From Planctomycetota bacterium (GTDB taxonomy: Bacteria; Planctomycetota; UBA1135; JAKEFM01), in NCBI GenBank assembly GCA_022616055.1, contig JAKEFM010000315.1, forward strand, positions 8,366 to 72,365: a stretch of 64,000 nucleotides of DNA, given 5' to 3'. Position numbers and translations under genes: made by a program. Below are positions 43,826-52,538 of the stretch, piece after piece. How positions within the stretch are numbered: position 1 is the stretch's first letter; each line of letters starts with the position of its first letter. The notes beneath the pieces were generated by a model. That model was not told where the DNA came from. It ran no database searches and saw only the letters and a list, made by a program, of their open reading frames with translations.

Positions 43826-46243
43826 ATGCGCGACTGGACCTGCCTGGCCTGCTGCCTCCTCGGAATCGCTGACGGAGCGTCGGCCCAGCGGTTCGGGTTC
43901 ACGCATCAGATGGTCCCTGTGGGGAACGACGACTCGCATGCGGTCGCGCTGGGGGACGTGGACGGGGACGGCGACCTCGACGTCTTCGTGGGGAACGGCG
44001 AACCGTGGGTCGGCCAGCAGAACCGGCTCTATCTCAACGACGGGACGGGGGTCCTGACGGACGTCTCCGCGACGAACCTCCCGGCCCTGGCCGACCGAAC
44101 CTTTTCGGTCGCGTTCGGGGACGTGGATGGAGACGGCGACCTCGACGCGTTCGTGGGGAACTTCAACCAGCTGAGTCGCCTCTACCTCAATGGGGGGACG
44201 GGGATCTTCACGGACGTCACCGCGACGAACCTGCCGGCGGGACTGGGCGACTTGGCGACGGCGGTAGCGCTGGGAGACGTGGACGGGGACGGCGACCTGG
44301 ACGCGTTCGTGGGGACCGGAGGAGGGTTCTCACGGAGGCAGAATCGCCTCTACCTCAACGGCGGGACCGGGGTCTTCACCGACGTCACGGCGACGAACCT
44401 CCCCGCCCTGCTCGACAACTCGAATGCGGTCGCGCTGGGAGACGTGGACGGGGACGGCGACCTCGACGCCTTCGTGGGGGACTACGGGTGGATACTCCTG
44501 TACTTGAACGCCGGGACGGGGGTCTTCACCGACGTCACGGCGACGAACCTCCCGCTCTTCATCGATCAGGCCGAGGCGATCGCGCTCGGGGACGTGGACG
44601 GGGATGGCGACCTCGACGCGTTCATCGGCACGTACGGAGGGCCAAACCGCCTCTACGTCAACGGCGGGACGGGGATCTTCACGGACGCCACCGCAGCAAG
44701 TCTGCCGGCCCTGATCGACTACACGCGGGCGGTCGCCCTAGGGGACGTGGACGGGGACGGCGACCTCGACGCGGTCGTGGGGAACGACGGGCAGGACCGC
44801 CTCCACCTCAACGGCGGGACGGGGATCTTCGCGAATGTCACGGCGACGAACCTGGCGGCCCTGAGCGACCCCAGCCTTTCGGCTGCGCTCGGGGACATGG
44901 ACGGGGACGGCGACCTGGATGCGGTCGTGGGGAACGAAACGATCTACTCCGCGCAGCAGAACCGCCTCTACCTCAACGGCGGGACGGGGGTTTTCGCGGA
45001 CGTCGCGGCGACGAACCTGCCGACGTTGATCGACTTCACGCTCGCGGTCGCGCTCGGGGACGTGGACGTGGACGGGGACCTCGACGCGTTCACAGGGAAC
45101 TCGGGCGTCTTCCCCTCACCGCGGAGCCGCCTCTACCTCAACGGCGGGACGGGGGTCTTCACGGACGTCACCGGGACGAACCTGCCAACCCTGTTCATGG
45201 ACCACTCGCAGGCGGTCGCGCTCGGGGACGTGGACGGGGACGGCGACCTCGACGCGTTCGCGGGGCGCAACGGGCCGGAGCGTCTCCTCCTCAATGGCGG
45301 GACGGGGCTCTTCACGGACGTCACGGCGACAGCGCTCCCGGCCGTGGTCGACAACACGTCGGCGGTCGCGCTCGGAGACCTGGATGGAGACGGCGATCTC
45401 GACGTCTTCGTGGGGAACGCCGGGTCCTTCGGGGGCCAGAACCGCCTCTACCTCAACGGCGGGACGGGGGTATTCACGGACGTCACGGCGACGAACCTGC
45501 CGGCCCTAGTCGGCAGCACCCTTGCTGTCGCGCTCGGGGACGTGGATGGCGACGGCGATCTCGACGTGTTCGTGGGCAACTCGAATCAGGAGGACCGCCT
45601 CTACTTGAACGGCGGGACAGGGGTCTTTGCAGATGTCACCGCGACGAACTTCCCGACTCAGGTCGACTTCACGGGAGCCGTCGCGCTCGGGGACGTGGAC
45701 GGCGACGGGGACCTCGACGCGTTCGTGGGGAACTACGGGCAGGAGAGCCGCCTCTACCTCAACGGGGGGACCGGCATCTTCACGGACGTCGCCGCTACCG
45801 ACCTTCCGGCCCAGTTCAACGCCACGTTCGCCGTTGCGCTCGGGGACGTGGACGGCGACGGGGACCTCGACGCATACCTGGGGAACAACCAACAGGACTT
45901 CCTGTACACCAACCTCTCACGCCAGCTCACCTGGCGGGGAATCCCGCGCGTGGGAAAGCCCCTGACCCTCGATCTCCGGGGTCCCGGCAACGGCACGTGG
46001 CTGCTCGCGGCCTCGGCGGGGATCGCGAACATCCCCCTCCCACCCTTCGGATCGCTACGGCTGTTTCCCTCGACGCTCTTCATCGCCGCGGGGGGGCCTC
46101 TCGACCCGGGGGGCCAGGCGGACCTGACGTTCCCCGTGCCCGCGAACCCGGCCCTCGTGGGTGCCTCCCTCTACTGGCAGGCGGTGGTCGGACCGCCGCT
46201 CCGGTTCACGAATCTCGAGATCACGGCTCTGACGAGCCTGTGA
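43826..46243 (+). CDS. secreted FG-GAP/VCBS-type repeat protein (13 repeats) with C-terminal beta-rich module
   Basis: ORF 43820..46243(+). ATG 43826 is preferred over TTG 43820. It has a signal peptide (WTCLACCLLGIADGASA). There are 13 copies of NRLYLNGGTGVFTDVTATNLPAL...AVALGDVDGDGDLDAFVGN. Confidence 0.85.
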   Translation: MRDWTCLACCLLGIADGASAQRFGFTHQMVPVGNDDSHAVALGDVDGDGDLDVFVGNGEPWVGQQNRLYLNDGTGVLTDVSATNLPALADRTFSVAFGDVDGDGDLDAFVGNFNQLSRLYLNGGTGIFTDVTATNLPAGLGDLATAVALGDVDGDGDLDAFVGTGGGFSRRQNRLYLNGGTGVFTDVTATNLPALLDNSNAVALGDVDGDGDLDAFVGDYGWILLYLNAGTGVFTDVTATNLPLFIDQAEAIALGDVDGDGDLDAFIGTYGGPNRLYVNGGTGIFTDATAASLPALIDYTRAVALGDVDGDGDLDAVVGNDGQDRLHLNGGTGIFANVTATNLAALSDPSLSAALGDMDGDGDLDAVVGNETIYSAQQNRLYLNGGTGVFADVAATNLPTLIDFTLAVALGDVDVDGDLDAFTGNSGVFPSPRSRLYLNGGTGVFTDVTGTNLPTLFMDHSQAVALGDVDGDGDLDAFAGRNGPERLLLNGGTGLFTDVTATALPAVVDNTSAVALGDLDGDGDLDVFVGNAGSFGGQNRLYLNGGTGVFTDVTATNLPALVGSTLAVALGDVDGDGDLDVFVGNSNQEDRLYLNGGTGVFADVTATNFPTQVDFTGAVALGDVDGDGDLDAFVGNYGQESRLYLNGGTGIFTDVAATDLPAQFNATFAVALGDVDGDGDLDAYLGNNQQDFLYTNLSRQLTWRGIPRVGKPLTLDLRGPGNGTWLLAASAGIANIPLPPFGSLRLFPSTLFIAAGGPLDPGGQADLTFPVPANPALVGASLYWQAVVGPPLRFTNLEITALTSL
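43940..45890 (+). repeat. in-frame tandem coding repeat, 13 units with a period of about 147-169 nt
   Basis: The core gggacgtggacggggacggcgacctcgacgc recurs 13 times with only a few substitutions. Spacings were measured from the sequence lines. Confidence 0.85.
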
Positions 46244-46258
46244 GGGGGGCCGCCCCTC
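46242..46258 (+). terminator. GC-rich hairpin at the stop codon of the FG-GAP gene (no U-tract)
   Basis: GAGGGG-ggccg-CCCCTC: a 6-bp stem with a 5-nt loop, starting inside the TGA. Confidence 0.25.
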
Positions 46259-46437
46259 GGCTCTAGGAGACCAGGCCCCACCGAGACGCGAGGAGGAAGG
46301 ACTCGCACTCATCGGCCCGGGAGGCTCATCCGGTCCTGCAGAACTGCTCCGTACGACCGTCCGTTCGTCCCGGCGTCGAAAGGGAGCCGGCCCGCGGCTA
46401 GGCTTGCCGCGCACCGAGAGTTCGGCCGGGAGAAGGC

Positions 46438-47673
46438 ATGGCGAAGAGACTCGGCGTCGGGTTCGTCGGGGCGGGCTTCGTCACGAAGTTTCACATCCGC
46501 TCCTTCGTCGGCGTCCGCGACGCCGACGTGGTGGCGGTCGCGAGCCCGAGGAAGGAGAAGGCGGCGGAGGCGGCCGCCCTCGCGCGGTCCCTCGGGGTGG
46601 GGGAGGCGAACGCCTACGCGGACGTCCGGGAGATGGTCCGCGATCCGGCGGTCCAGGCGATCTGGGTCTGCTCGCCGAACCCCACGCGCATCGAGGTGAT
46701 GGAGAAGATCGCCGAGGCGGGCCGGAACAAGATCGTCGGGATCGCCTGCGAGAAGCCGCTCGCCCGGAACGTCCGCGAGGCGAAGAAGGTCCTCGACCTC
46801 TCCCGCGGCTTCCTGACGGGATACCTCGAGAACCAGGTCTTCATGCCCGCGATCACGCGGGGGAAGGAGATCGTCTGGCGGCGCGGAGCGGCCTCCGCCG
46901 GGCGCCCCTACCTCGCGCGATGCGCCGAGGAGCACGGCGGACCCCACGAGCCGTGGTTCTGGTCGGGCAAGGACCAGGGGGGCGGCGTGCTGAACGACAT
47001 GATGTGCCACTCCCTCGAGGCGGCTCGCCACCTCGCGACGAGCCCCGGCACCCGCGACCTCACCCCGGCGACGGTGAGCGCGGAGATCGCCTCCCTCAAG
47101 TGGACGCGCCCCGAGTACGCGGCGATCCTGAAGAAGCGCAACGCCTTCGACTTCGCCGCGCGTCCGGTCGAGGACTTCGCGCGCGCGAGCGTCTCCTGGC
47201 GCACGCCCGAAGGGAGGCCCGTCATCACCGAGGCGAGCACCTCCTGGTCCTTCGTCGGGCCGGGGCTCCGGCTCTCCTTCGAATTGATGGGCCCCGAGTA
47301 CTTCATGCAGGGGAACAGCCTCGAGAGCGAACTGAAGGTCTTCTTCAGCCGCGAGGTGAAGGGGACCGGCGGCGAGGACATCGTCGAGAAGCAGACGGCC
47401 GAGCAGGGGCTGATGCCCGTCGTCACGGACGAGGAGTCGGCCTACGGCTACACGGCGGAGAACCGCCATATGGTGCGGCGCTTCCTCGAGGGGAAGACGC
47501 CCGACGAGACCTTCGAGGACGGTCTCCGGGTCACGCAATTGCTCATGGCCTGCTACATGTCCGCCGAGCGCGGCGCGAAGCTCGCCTTCCCTCCCGCGGG
47601 TCTCGACGAGTACGAGCCTCCCGCCGCGAAGGGGACCTTCCGGCCCGACGACGTCTTCCGGGGCGCGCGTTGA
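46438..47673 (+). CDS. Gfo/Idh/MocA-family oxidoreductase, cytoplasmic (no signal)
   Basis: Full ORF of 411 aa preceded by GGGAGAAGG. It has the Rossmann motif VGFVGAGFV and the EKP motif (IACEKPLA). Confidence 0.85.
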   Translation: MAKRLGVGFVGAGFVTKFHIRSFVGVRDADVVAVASPRKEKAAEAAALARSLGVGEANAYADVREMVRDPAVQAIWVCSPNPTRIEVMEKIAEAGRNKIVGIACEKPLARNVREAKKVLDLSRGFLTGYLENQVFMPAITRGKEIVWRRGAASAGRPYLARCAEEHGGPHEPWFWSGKDQGGGVLNDMMCHSLEAARHLATSPGTRDLTPATVSAEIASLKWTRPEYAAILKKRNAFDFAARPVEDFARASVSWRTPEGRPVITEASTSWSFVGPGLRLSFELMGPEYFMQGNSLESELKVFFSREVKGTGGEDIVEKQTAEQGLMPVVTDEESAYGYTAENRHMVRRFLEGKTPDETFEDGLRVTQLLMACYMSAERGAKLAFPPAGLDEYEPPAAKGTFRPDDVFRGAR

Positions 47674-48947
47674 CCGCGCCGCCGCTCGAGGGAGGGCTGC
47701 GGACGCGGCTCTCCGTCATGATGTTCCTCCAGTACGCGATCTGGGGGGCGTGGCTGCCGCTCTTCTACGGCTTCATCACGGAGCACCGGGGTCTCATGCC
47801 CGAGGAGGCGGGGACCCTCTTCGCGGTCGGGGCGATCGGCGCCCTCTTCGCCCCGTTCGTCGCGGGGCAGATCGCCGACCGGTGGTTCAACACGGAGAAG
47901 TTCCTCGCCCTCTCCCATCTCCTCGGCGCCGTCCTCGTCTGGCAGCTCGCGCGGCTCGAGACTTATGGGCAGCTCCTCGTCTTCGGCCTCCTCTACTCCC
48001 TCGTCTACGCGCCGACCCTGCCGCTCACGAACTCCCTCGCCTTCCACCACCTCCCCGACCGCGACCGCGACTTCGGGAAGGTCCGGGTGTGGGGGACGGT
48101 CGGCTGGATCGTCGTCGGGATCGGGATCGGGCAGTGGCTCCTCCACCGCCATACCCCCGAAGAGGCCGACCGCGCCGCCGTCCGCGCGGCGCAGGTCGCC
48201 GGGATGGCGGACTCCTTCCGGCTCTCGGCGATCCTCGGCGTCCTCCAGGGGCTCTTCTGCTTCACGCTCCCGCCGACGCCGCCGCGCAAGGGCCGGGAGC
48301 GCTTCGCGCCGTGGGAGGCGCTCCGGGAGGTCGGCCGCTCGCCGCTCCTCGTCCTCTTCCTGATCTCCTTCCCGATCGCCGTCGTCCACCAGTTCTACTT
48401 CGTCCACACGGCGGGCTTCCTCGGGACGCTCGAGCATCCCTGGGCCGACAAGATCAACTCCCTGTTCGGCGTCGGGGGGGGCGGTCTGATGACGATCGGC
48501 CAGATGGCCGAGATCGCCGTCCTCTCCGCGATGCCGGTGGTGACGAAGACCCTCTCCCGGAAGTTCCTCCTCCTGACGGGGCTGTGCGCCTACGTCCTGC
48601 GCTTCCTCGTCTTCGCCTACCTGCCGACGCCGGCGGCGGTGCTCCCGGCCCTCGCCCTCCACGGACTGTGCTTCGGCTGCTTCTTCTTCGTCGCCTTCAT
48701 GATCGTCGACGAGGAGACGAGTCCCGACGTGCGCGCCTCGGCGCAGGGGCTCTTCAACCTCGTCATCGTCGGCCTCGGCGTGATCGGCGGGAACTACTTC
48801 GCCGGGAAGGTCGCGGCGGCGGCGGGGGGGGACTACCGGCACCTCTTCTCCGTCCCGATGTACATCTGCGTCGCCTGCTTCGTCCTCCTCCTCCTCTTCT
48901 ATCCAGCGAGGAGGGCGCGGGGCACGGAAGCGCCCGCGGCGATCTGA
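47670..48947 (+). CDS. MFS transporter, nucleoside:H+ symporter (NupG/XapB)-like
   Basis: C-terminal 425 aa of ORF 46404..48947(+). TTG 47670 overlaps the GFO stop (TTGA). ATG 47718 is the alternative start. LSVMMFLQYAIWGAWLP resembles the NupG-family N-terminus. It has about 12 hydrophobic segments. Confidence 0.75.
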   Translation: MTAPPLEGGLRTRLSVMMFLQYAIWGAWLPLFYGFITEHRGLMPEEAGTLFAVGAIGALFAPFVAGQIADRWFNTEKFLALSHLLGAVLVWQLARLETYGQLLVFGLLYSLVYAPTLPLTNSLAFHHLPDRDRDFGKVRVWGTVGWIVVGIGIGQWLLHRHTPEEADRAAVRAAQVAGMADSFRLSAILGVLQGLFCFTLPPTPPRKGRERFAPWEALREVGRSPLLVLFLISFPIAVVHQFYFVHTAGFLGTLEHPWADKINSLFGVGGGGLMTIGQMAEIAVLSAMPVVTKTLSRKFLLLTGLCAYVLRFLVFAYLPTPAAVLPALALHGLCFGCFFFVAFMIVDEETSPDVRASAQGLFNLVIVGLGVIGGNYFAGKVAAAAGGDYRHLFSVPMYICVACFVLLLLFYPARRARGTEAPAAI

Positions 48948-48960
48948 CCAGGCCGGCGGG

Positions 48961-48978
48961 GCGACCCACGTGGGTCGC
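48961..48978. repeat. 18-bp perfect palindrome GCGACCCACGTGGGTCGC, 13 nt after the MFS gene stop (possible terminator hairpin, REP-like element or operator)
   Basis: Read directly from the sequence. The 16-bp core CGACCCACGTGGGTCG recurs at 55594..55609 and 58313..58328. Confidence 0.7.
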
Positions 48979-49065
48979 GGCGGCTCGGATATCCTCGGTC
49001 CCCACGCTGGCGAAGGGGTTTCACCTGTCCGAGGCGCCGAAGTTCGCCGGCGGGAGGTCGAAGCC

Positions 49066-49899
49066 ATGATCGGAGCTGCTCTCCTCTCGACCGTCCTAGG
49101 TCTCGCCCAGGGGCAGGGGCCGCCCGACTCGCCCGTGCGCCGAGTTCCGCAGGGGCAGGAATCGGCGGCCGAGCCCGTGGGAATCCGGCTCGAGAAGGCT
49201 CGCGGCGGCGACATGGTCGTCGTCGAGCCGGGGGTCACGCTGGGGGACCTCGCATTCGTCGGCGAGGGATTCCTCGGCCGGGTCTGCCATTGGAAACCGG
49301 AAGTCGAGCACATCCTGCGCACCGCGCGTCCGGGGCTCTCCGCGCGCCAGGAGGTCCCTCTTGCCGAATTCGATCCTTGGATCGAGACGGTCCTCCTCGC
49401 GAACGACTTCGTGCTCATTCTCCCCGCTGAGGGGTCGCAGGAGCCCGTCCAGCTCGTGAGCCTCCGGGGCACCGATAGGAACAGGCTCCAGAGTTCCGCG
49501 CGTTTCGTCCCCGCGGAGGAGCTACCCCGATACCGCCATCCCGCGACGCTGGTTCTTACGACCGTGCGGGTGCGCTACCTCGATCCGAAAGTTGCGGCCG
49601 CGAACCTGCGACCGTACTTCACCGACCCGAACCTCGAGAACGTGAGCGCCATGGGGGACACGCTCCACTTCCAGGGCTTTCCCAGGCGGCTCGCCTCCTG
49701 TCTGACGATCCTGAGAGAAGCCGACCACGAGTCCGAGGCCAGGGCCCTCGCGCCCCCTCCTGACCGGGGGACCTCGGCCGCCGGGTCAGGCGCCGGGACG
49801 TCCGTCGAGGACCTCGCGGCCCGGGTGAAGCAGCTCGAGGACGGGATCGAGGTCCTTCGGGCCATGATCAAGGAGCTGACCGCCGAGCGCCGCCGGTAG
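49066..49899 (+). CDS. hypothetical secreted protein with secretin-N (N0/N1)-like region and C-terminal coiled coil
   Basis: ATG 49066 inside ORF 48970..49899(+), preceded by GGGAGG. It has a signal peptide (MIGAALLSTVLGLAQG). VRVRYLDPKVAAANLRPYFTD...VSAMGDTLHFQGFPRRLASCLTILREAD resembles the short secretin N-domain. The C-terminus VEDLAARVKQLEDGIEVLRAMIKELTAERRR is coiled-coil-like. There is no secretin barrel. Confidence 0.55.
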   Translation: MIGAALLSTVLGLAQGQGPPDSPVRRVPQGQESAAEPVGIRLEKARGGDMVVVEPGVTLGDLAFVGEGFLGRVCHWKPEVEHILRTARPGLSARQEVPLAEFDPWIETVLLANDFVLILPAEGSQEPVQLVSLRGTDRNRLQSSARFVPAEELPRYRHPATLVLTTVRVRYLDPKVAAANLRPYFTDPNLENVSAMGDTLHFQGFPRRLASCLTILREADHESEARALAPPPDRGTSAAGSGAGTSVEDLAARVKQLEDGIEVLRAMIKELTAERRR

Positions 49900-49941
49900 C
49901 CCGGCTCGACCTCCCCCGAGTCCTCGGTTACAACCGGGATC

Positions 49942-51558
49942 GTGGATTCGACGCTCCGCTCGATCGTGCGCCTCCTCGAGGAGGGGAACCCCGAGATCCG
50001 CTGCGCGGCCGCCGTCGTCCTGGGCGCGCTCGGAGAGAAGGAGGAGGCCATCGTCGAGTGTCTCCGCGGGCGGCTCAAGGACGACAATCTCCTCGTCCGT
50101 CGTTTCGCCGCCGAGGGGCTCGGGCGGATCGGGGCGCGGCGCGCGCTCCCCGACCTCCTCGAGGCCGTCGCCCACGGCGGCGAGGTCGGACGGGCGGCGG
50201 CGGCCGCCGCGGCCGCGATGGGCGCTCCCGGGGTCCACGCCCTGAAGGAGCTGATGGGGAAGGTCGCCCCCGGCGTCCGCCCGATCATCGCCGCGGCGAT
50301 CGGGCACGGCGGGGGGAAGGAGGCGGAGAAGGCGGCGCTCGAGTCCCTCCTCGACACGGATCCGGCCGTCGTGGACGCGACCCGCCGCTCGATCGAATCG
50401 GAGGTCGCTTCCTCGAACGAGGAGCAGAAGAAGGACCTGGCTTCCCGGTTCCTCCGGTTCCTCCACCGCAAGGAGGTGGCCGAGCATCCGAACGCGGTGG
50501 TGGCGGTGCTGCGGCTCTTCGAGCCCCTCGCCGCGCCGAAGGTCTCCGACACGCTGTGGGAGTTCAGCGCCCCCGGCCGGCCTCCCGCCGTCCGCGCGGC
50601 GGCGCTGCGGGTCCTGGCGACGCTCCCCGCCCCGGAGGAGAAACGCGAGATCGGACGCCTCTTCGACGCACTCGGCACGGAAGGGCTCTCCCTCGCGGAG
50701 CCGGCGCTTCGCATGCTCGAGAAGGCGGAGATCCCGAAGGGGATGGAGGCGAGGGTCCTCTCCCTCCTCGATTCGCCCGAGCCGCGCGCCCGGACCTTCG
50801 CATTGCGCAAGCTCCGGTCGCTCGACACCCCCGAGGTCGGGAAGGCCGTCGTCGAGCACCTCGACCACCCCGACCCCGAGATCCGCCGCGAGGCCGAGGA
50901 GACCGCCTCGGGGCTGCGCTTCGGGCGCGAGGCGCTCCTCGCGCGGCTCGACAGGGCGCGCGACCCCGAGGAGGCGGGGAAGGTGGCGGCGGTCCTGCTG
51001 CGGGGCGCCGCCCCGTTCGACGAGGACGCGGCCGGGACGATCGTCTCGCGCGCCGTGCGGTGGATCGAGGCGGGGGACCCGCGGTGGGAGTGGGGGCTCC
51101 AGCTCCTGCGCCGCGCCAAGGGGAGCGGGGCGTTCGAGGTCCTCCTCGCGCGGGCGCGGGCGATGCGCGCCGCGAAGAAGTGGAAGGAGGCGCTCGCCTT
51201 CTACCGCCTCATCGCGAAGGACTCGAGATTCGGGGCCCAGGACCGCTTCGACCTCGCCGTCGTGGGGCTCCACCTCGGCGGCCTCGACTCCGCCCCGGAT
51301 CGCCGGAGCCGCGACCCCGCCCTCGTCCACCTCGAGGAGCTCCTTCGGGGGAACGGGTTCGACCTCGTCGGGTCCCTGAAGAAGGAGCGGACCCTCACGC
51401 CGCGCGAGCTCTACTACGTCGGGTTCCACTTCTCGGAGAAGGCGGGCCCCGCGAGCGCCTTCGGCGGGGAGATCCTGAAGCTCGTCGCCTCGCGCTCCCC
51501 CCGCTCGGCGGAGGGGAAGGCGGCGAAGAACAAGCTCGTCCGGGAAGCGCTCGCCTGA
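49942..51558 (+). CDS. HEAT-repeat (PBS-lyase-type) protein
   Basis: Full ORF of 538 aa (GTG start). It has repeated HEAT-like units (NPEIRCAAAVVLGALG, DNLLVRRFAAEGLGRIG, PEPRARTFALRKL, DPEIRREAEE). Confidence 0.7.
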   Translation: MDSTLRSIVRLLEEGNPEIRCAAAVVLGALGEKEEAIVECLRGRLKDDNLLVRRFAAEGLGRIGARRALPDLLEAVAHGGEVGRAAAAAAAAMGAPGVHALKELMGKVAPGVRPIIAAAIGHGGGKEAEKAALESLLDTDPAVVDATRRSIESEVASSNEEQKKDLASRFLRFLHRKEVAEHPNAVVAVLRLFEPLAAPKVSDTLWEFSAPGRPPAVRAAALRVLATLPAPEEKREIGRLFDALGTEGLSLAEPALRMLEKAEIPKGMEARVLSLLDSPEPRARTFALRKLRSLDTPEVGKAVVEHLDHPDPEIRREAEETASGLRFGREALLARLDRARDPEEAGKVAAVLLRGAAPFDEDAAGTIVSRAVRWIEAGDPRWEWGLQLLRRAKGSGAFEVLLARARAMRAAKKWKEALAFYRLIAKDSRFGAQDRFDLAVVGLHLGGLDSAPDRRSRDPALVHLEELLRGNGFDLVGSLKKERTLTPRELYYVGFHFSEKAGPASAFGGEILKLVASRSPRSAEGKAAKNKLVREALA

Positions 51559-51559
51559 A

Positions 51560-52459
51560 CTAGCGAAGCGCCGTCGCGATCCGGACGCCGACCCTCACCT
51601 GCGCGCCCGGCTCGATCGGCTCGAGGCGCACCGCGTGCGGCGGGAAGAGGACGAGGAGGGCCGAGCCCATCTCGAAGCGACCGAGTTCGTCCCCCCGCCG
51701 GAAGGCGCGGCCGTCGACGTAGCGGCGGTGGAGGAGGCGGCGGCCGCCCCGCATCGCGCGGGAGAGGTCGTAGAGGAGCCGGATCGAGCCCACGTTGTAG
51801 GCCCCGATCGCGACGAGCCCGAGGGGCCCGGCGGAGGTCTCGAAGAGGCTCGCGACGCGGGCGTTCTTCCCGAGGATCCCGGGGCCGCTCGCGAGCCAGC
51901 CGGGCTTCACCGGGAGGAGGGTGCCGGGGATCCGGACCGCCTCGACGATCCGCCCCGTCGCCGGGGCGTGGAAGCGGTGGTAGTCGCCCGGGGCGAGGTA
52001 GATCGAGACGAAGGACCCACCTGCGAACCGCGCGGCGAGCTCCGCCGAGCCGAGGAGGTCGGGGAGCGCGTAGTCCCATCCCTTGATGCGCAGGCGTCCG
52101 CCGGGCTCGAGGGTGCCCGAGGCGATCACCGTCCCGTCGGCGGGGGAGAGGAGGGCGGCGGGGTCGGGGTCGGGGACGCGGGCGGCGGCGGCGAGCCGCC
52201 GGCCGAAGAACTCGGAGAAGGAGCGGTAAATCTCGACCGGGAACTCCGCCTCCCGGAGGTTCACCCCGTAGCGGCGGGCGAAGGCGAGGTAGACCGGCTC
52301 CCGGAGGAAGCGCGGGAGGGGGACCCGTGCGAGGAGGCCGGCGACGCGGGAGGCGAGCACCCTCGGGAAGAGCCGCCAGCCGACGAATGCGGGTCGCCGC
52401 CCCTCCTCCTCGGAGGGAGGCGCGAGCCGGGGTCGGGGCGAGGCGACCGGCGAGGTCAT
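51560..52459 (-). CDS. psd: phosphatidylserine decarboxylase proenzyme
   Basis: Last 299 aa of ORF 51560..52585(-), starting at ATG 52459. Psd-like motifs are present: SPADG, YLAPGDYHRFHAP and the self-cleavage-type site GRFEMGSA. Confidence 0.8.
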   Translation of the reverse strand: MTSPVASPRPRLAPPSEEEGRRPAFVGWRLFPRVLASRVAGLLARVPLPRFLREPVYLAFARRYGVNLREAEFPVEIYRSFSEFFGRRLAAAARVPDPDPAALLSPADGTVIASGTLEPGGRLRIKGWDYALPDLLGSAELAARFAGGSFVSIYLAPGDYHRFHAPATGRIVEAVRIPGTLLPVKPGWLASGPGILGKNARVASLFETSAGPLGLVAIGAYNVGSIRLLYDLSRAMRGGRRLLHRRYVDGRAFRRGDELGRFEMGSALLVLFPPHAVRLEPIEPGAQVRVGVRIATALR

Positions 52460-52538
52460 GGACGGGTGGAAGCTCTCCCGGGCGACCCCTATCTTAGCCC
52501 CTCTTCCGACGCCGCGGCCGACGCGGCGGGAAACGACC

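Noticed and set aside
43940-45890. Regularly spaced ~30-bp conserved cores that could superficially suggest a CRISPR-like array
   Set aside because: The repeats are in frame within one long ORF and encode the FG-GAP DxDxDGDLD motif. The 'spacers' are also conserved and coding. There is no leader and there are no cas genes.
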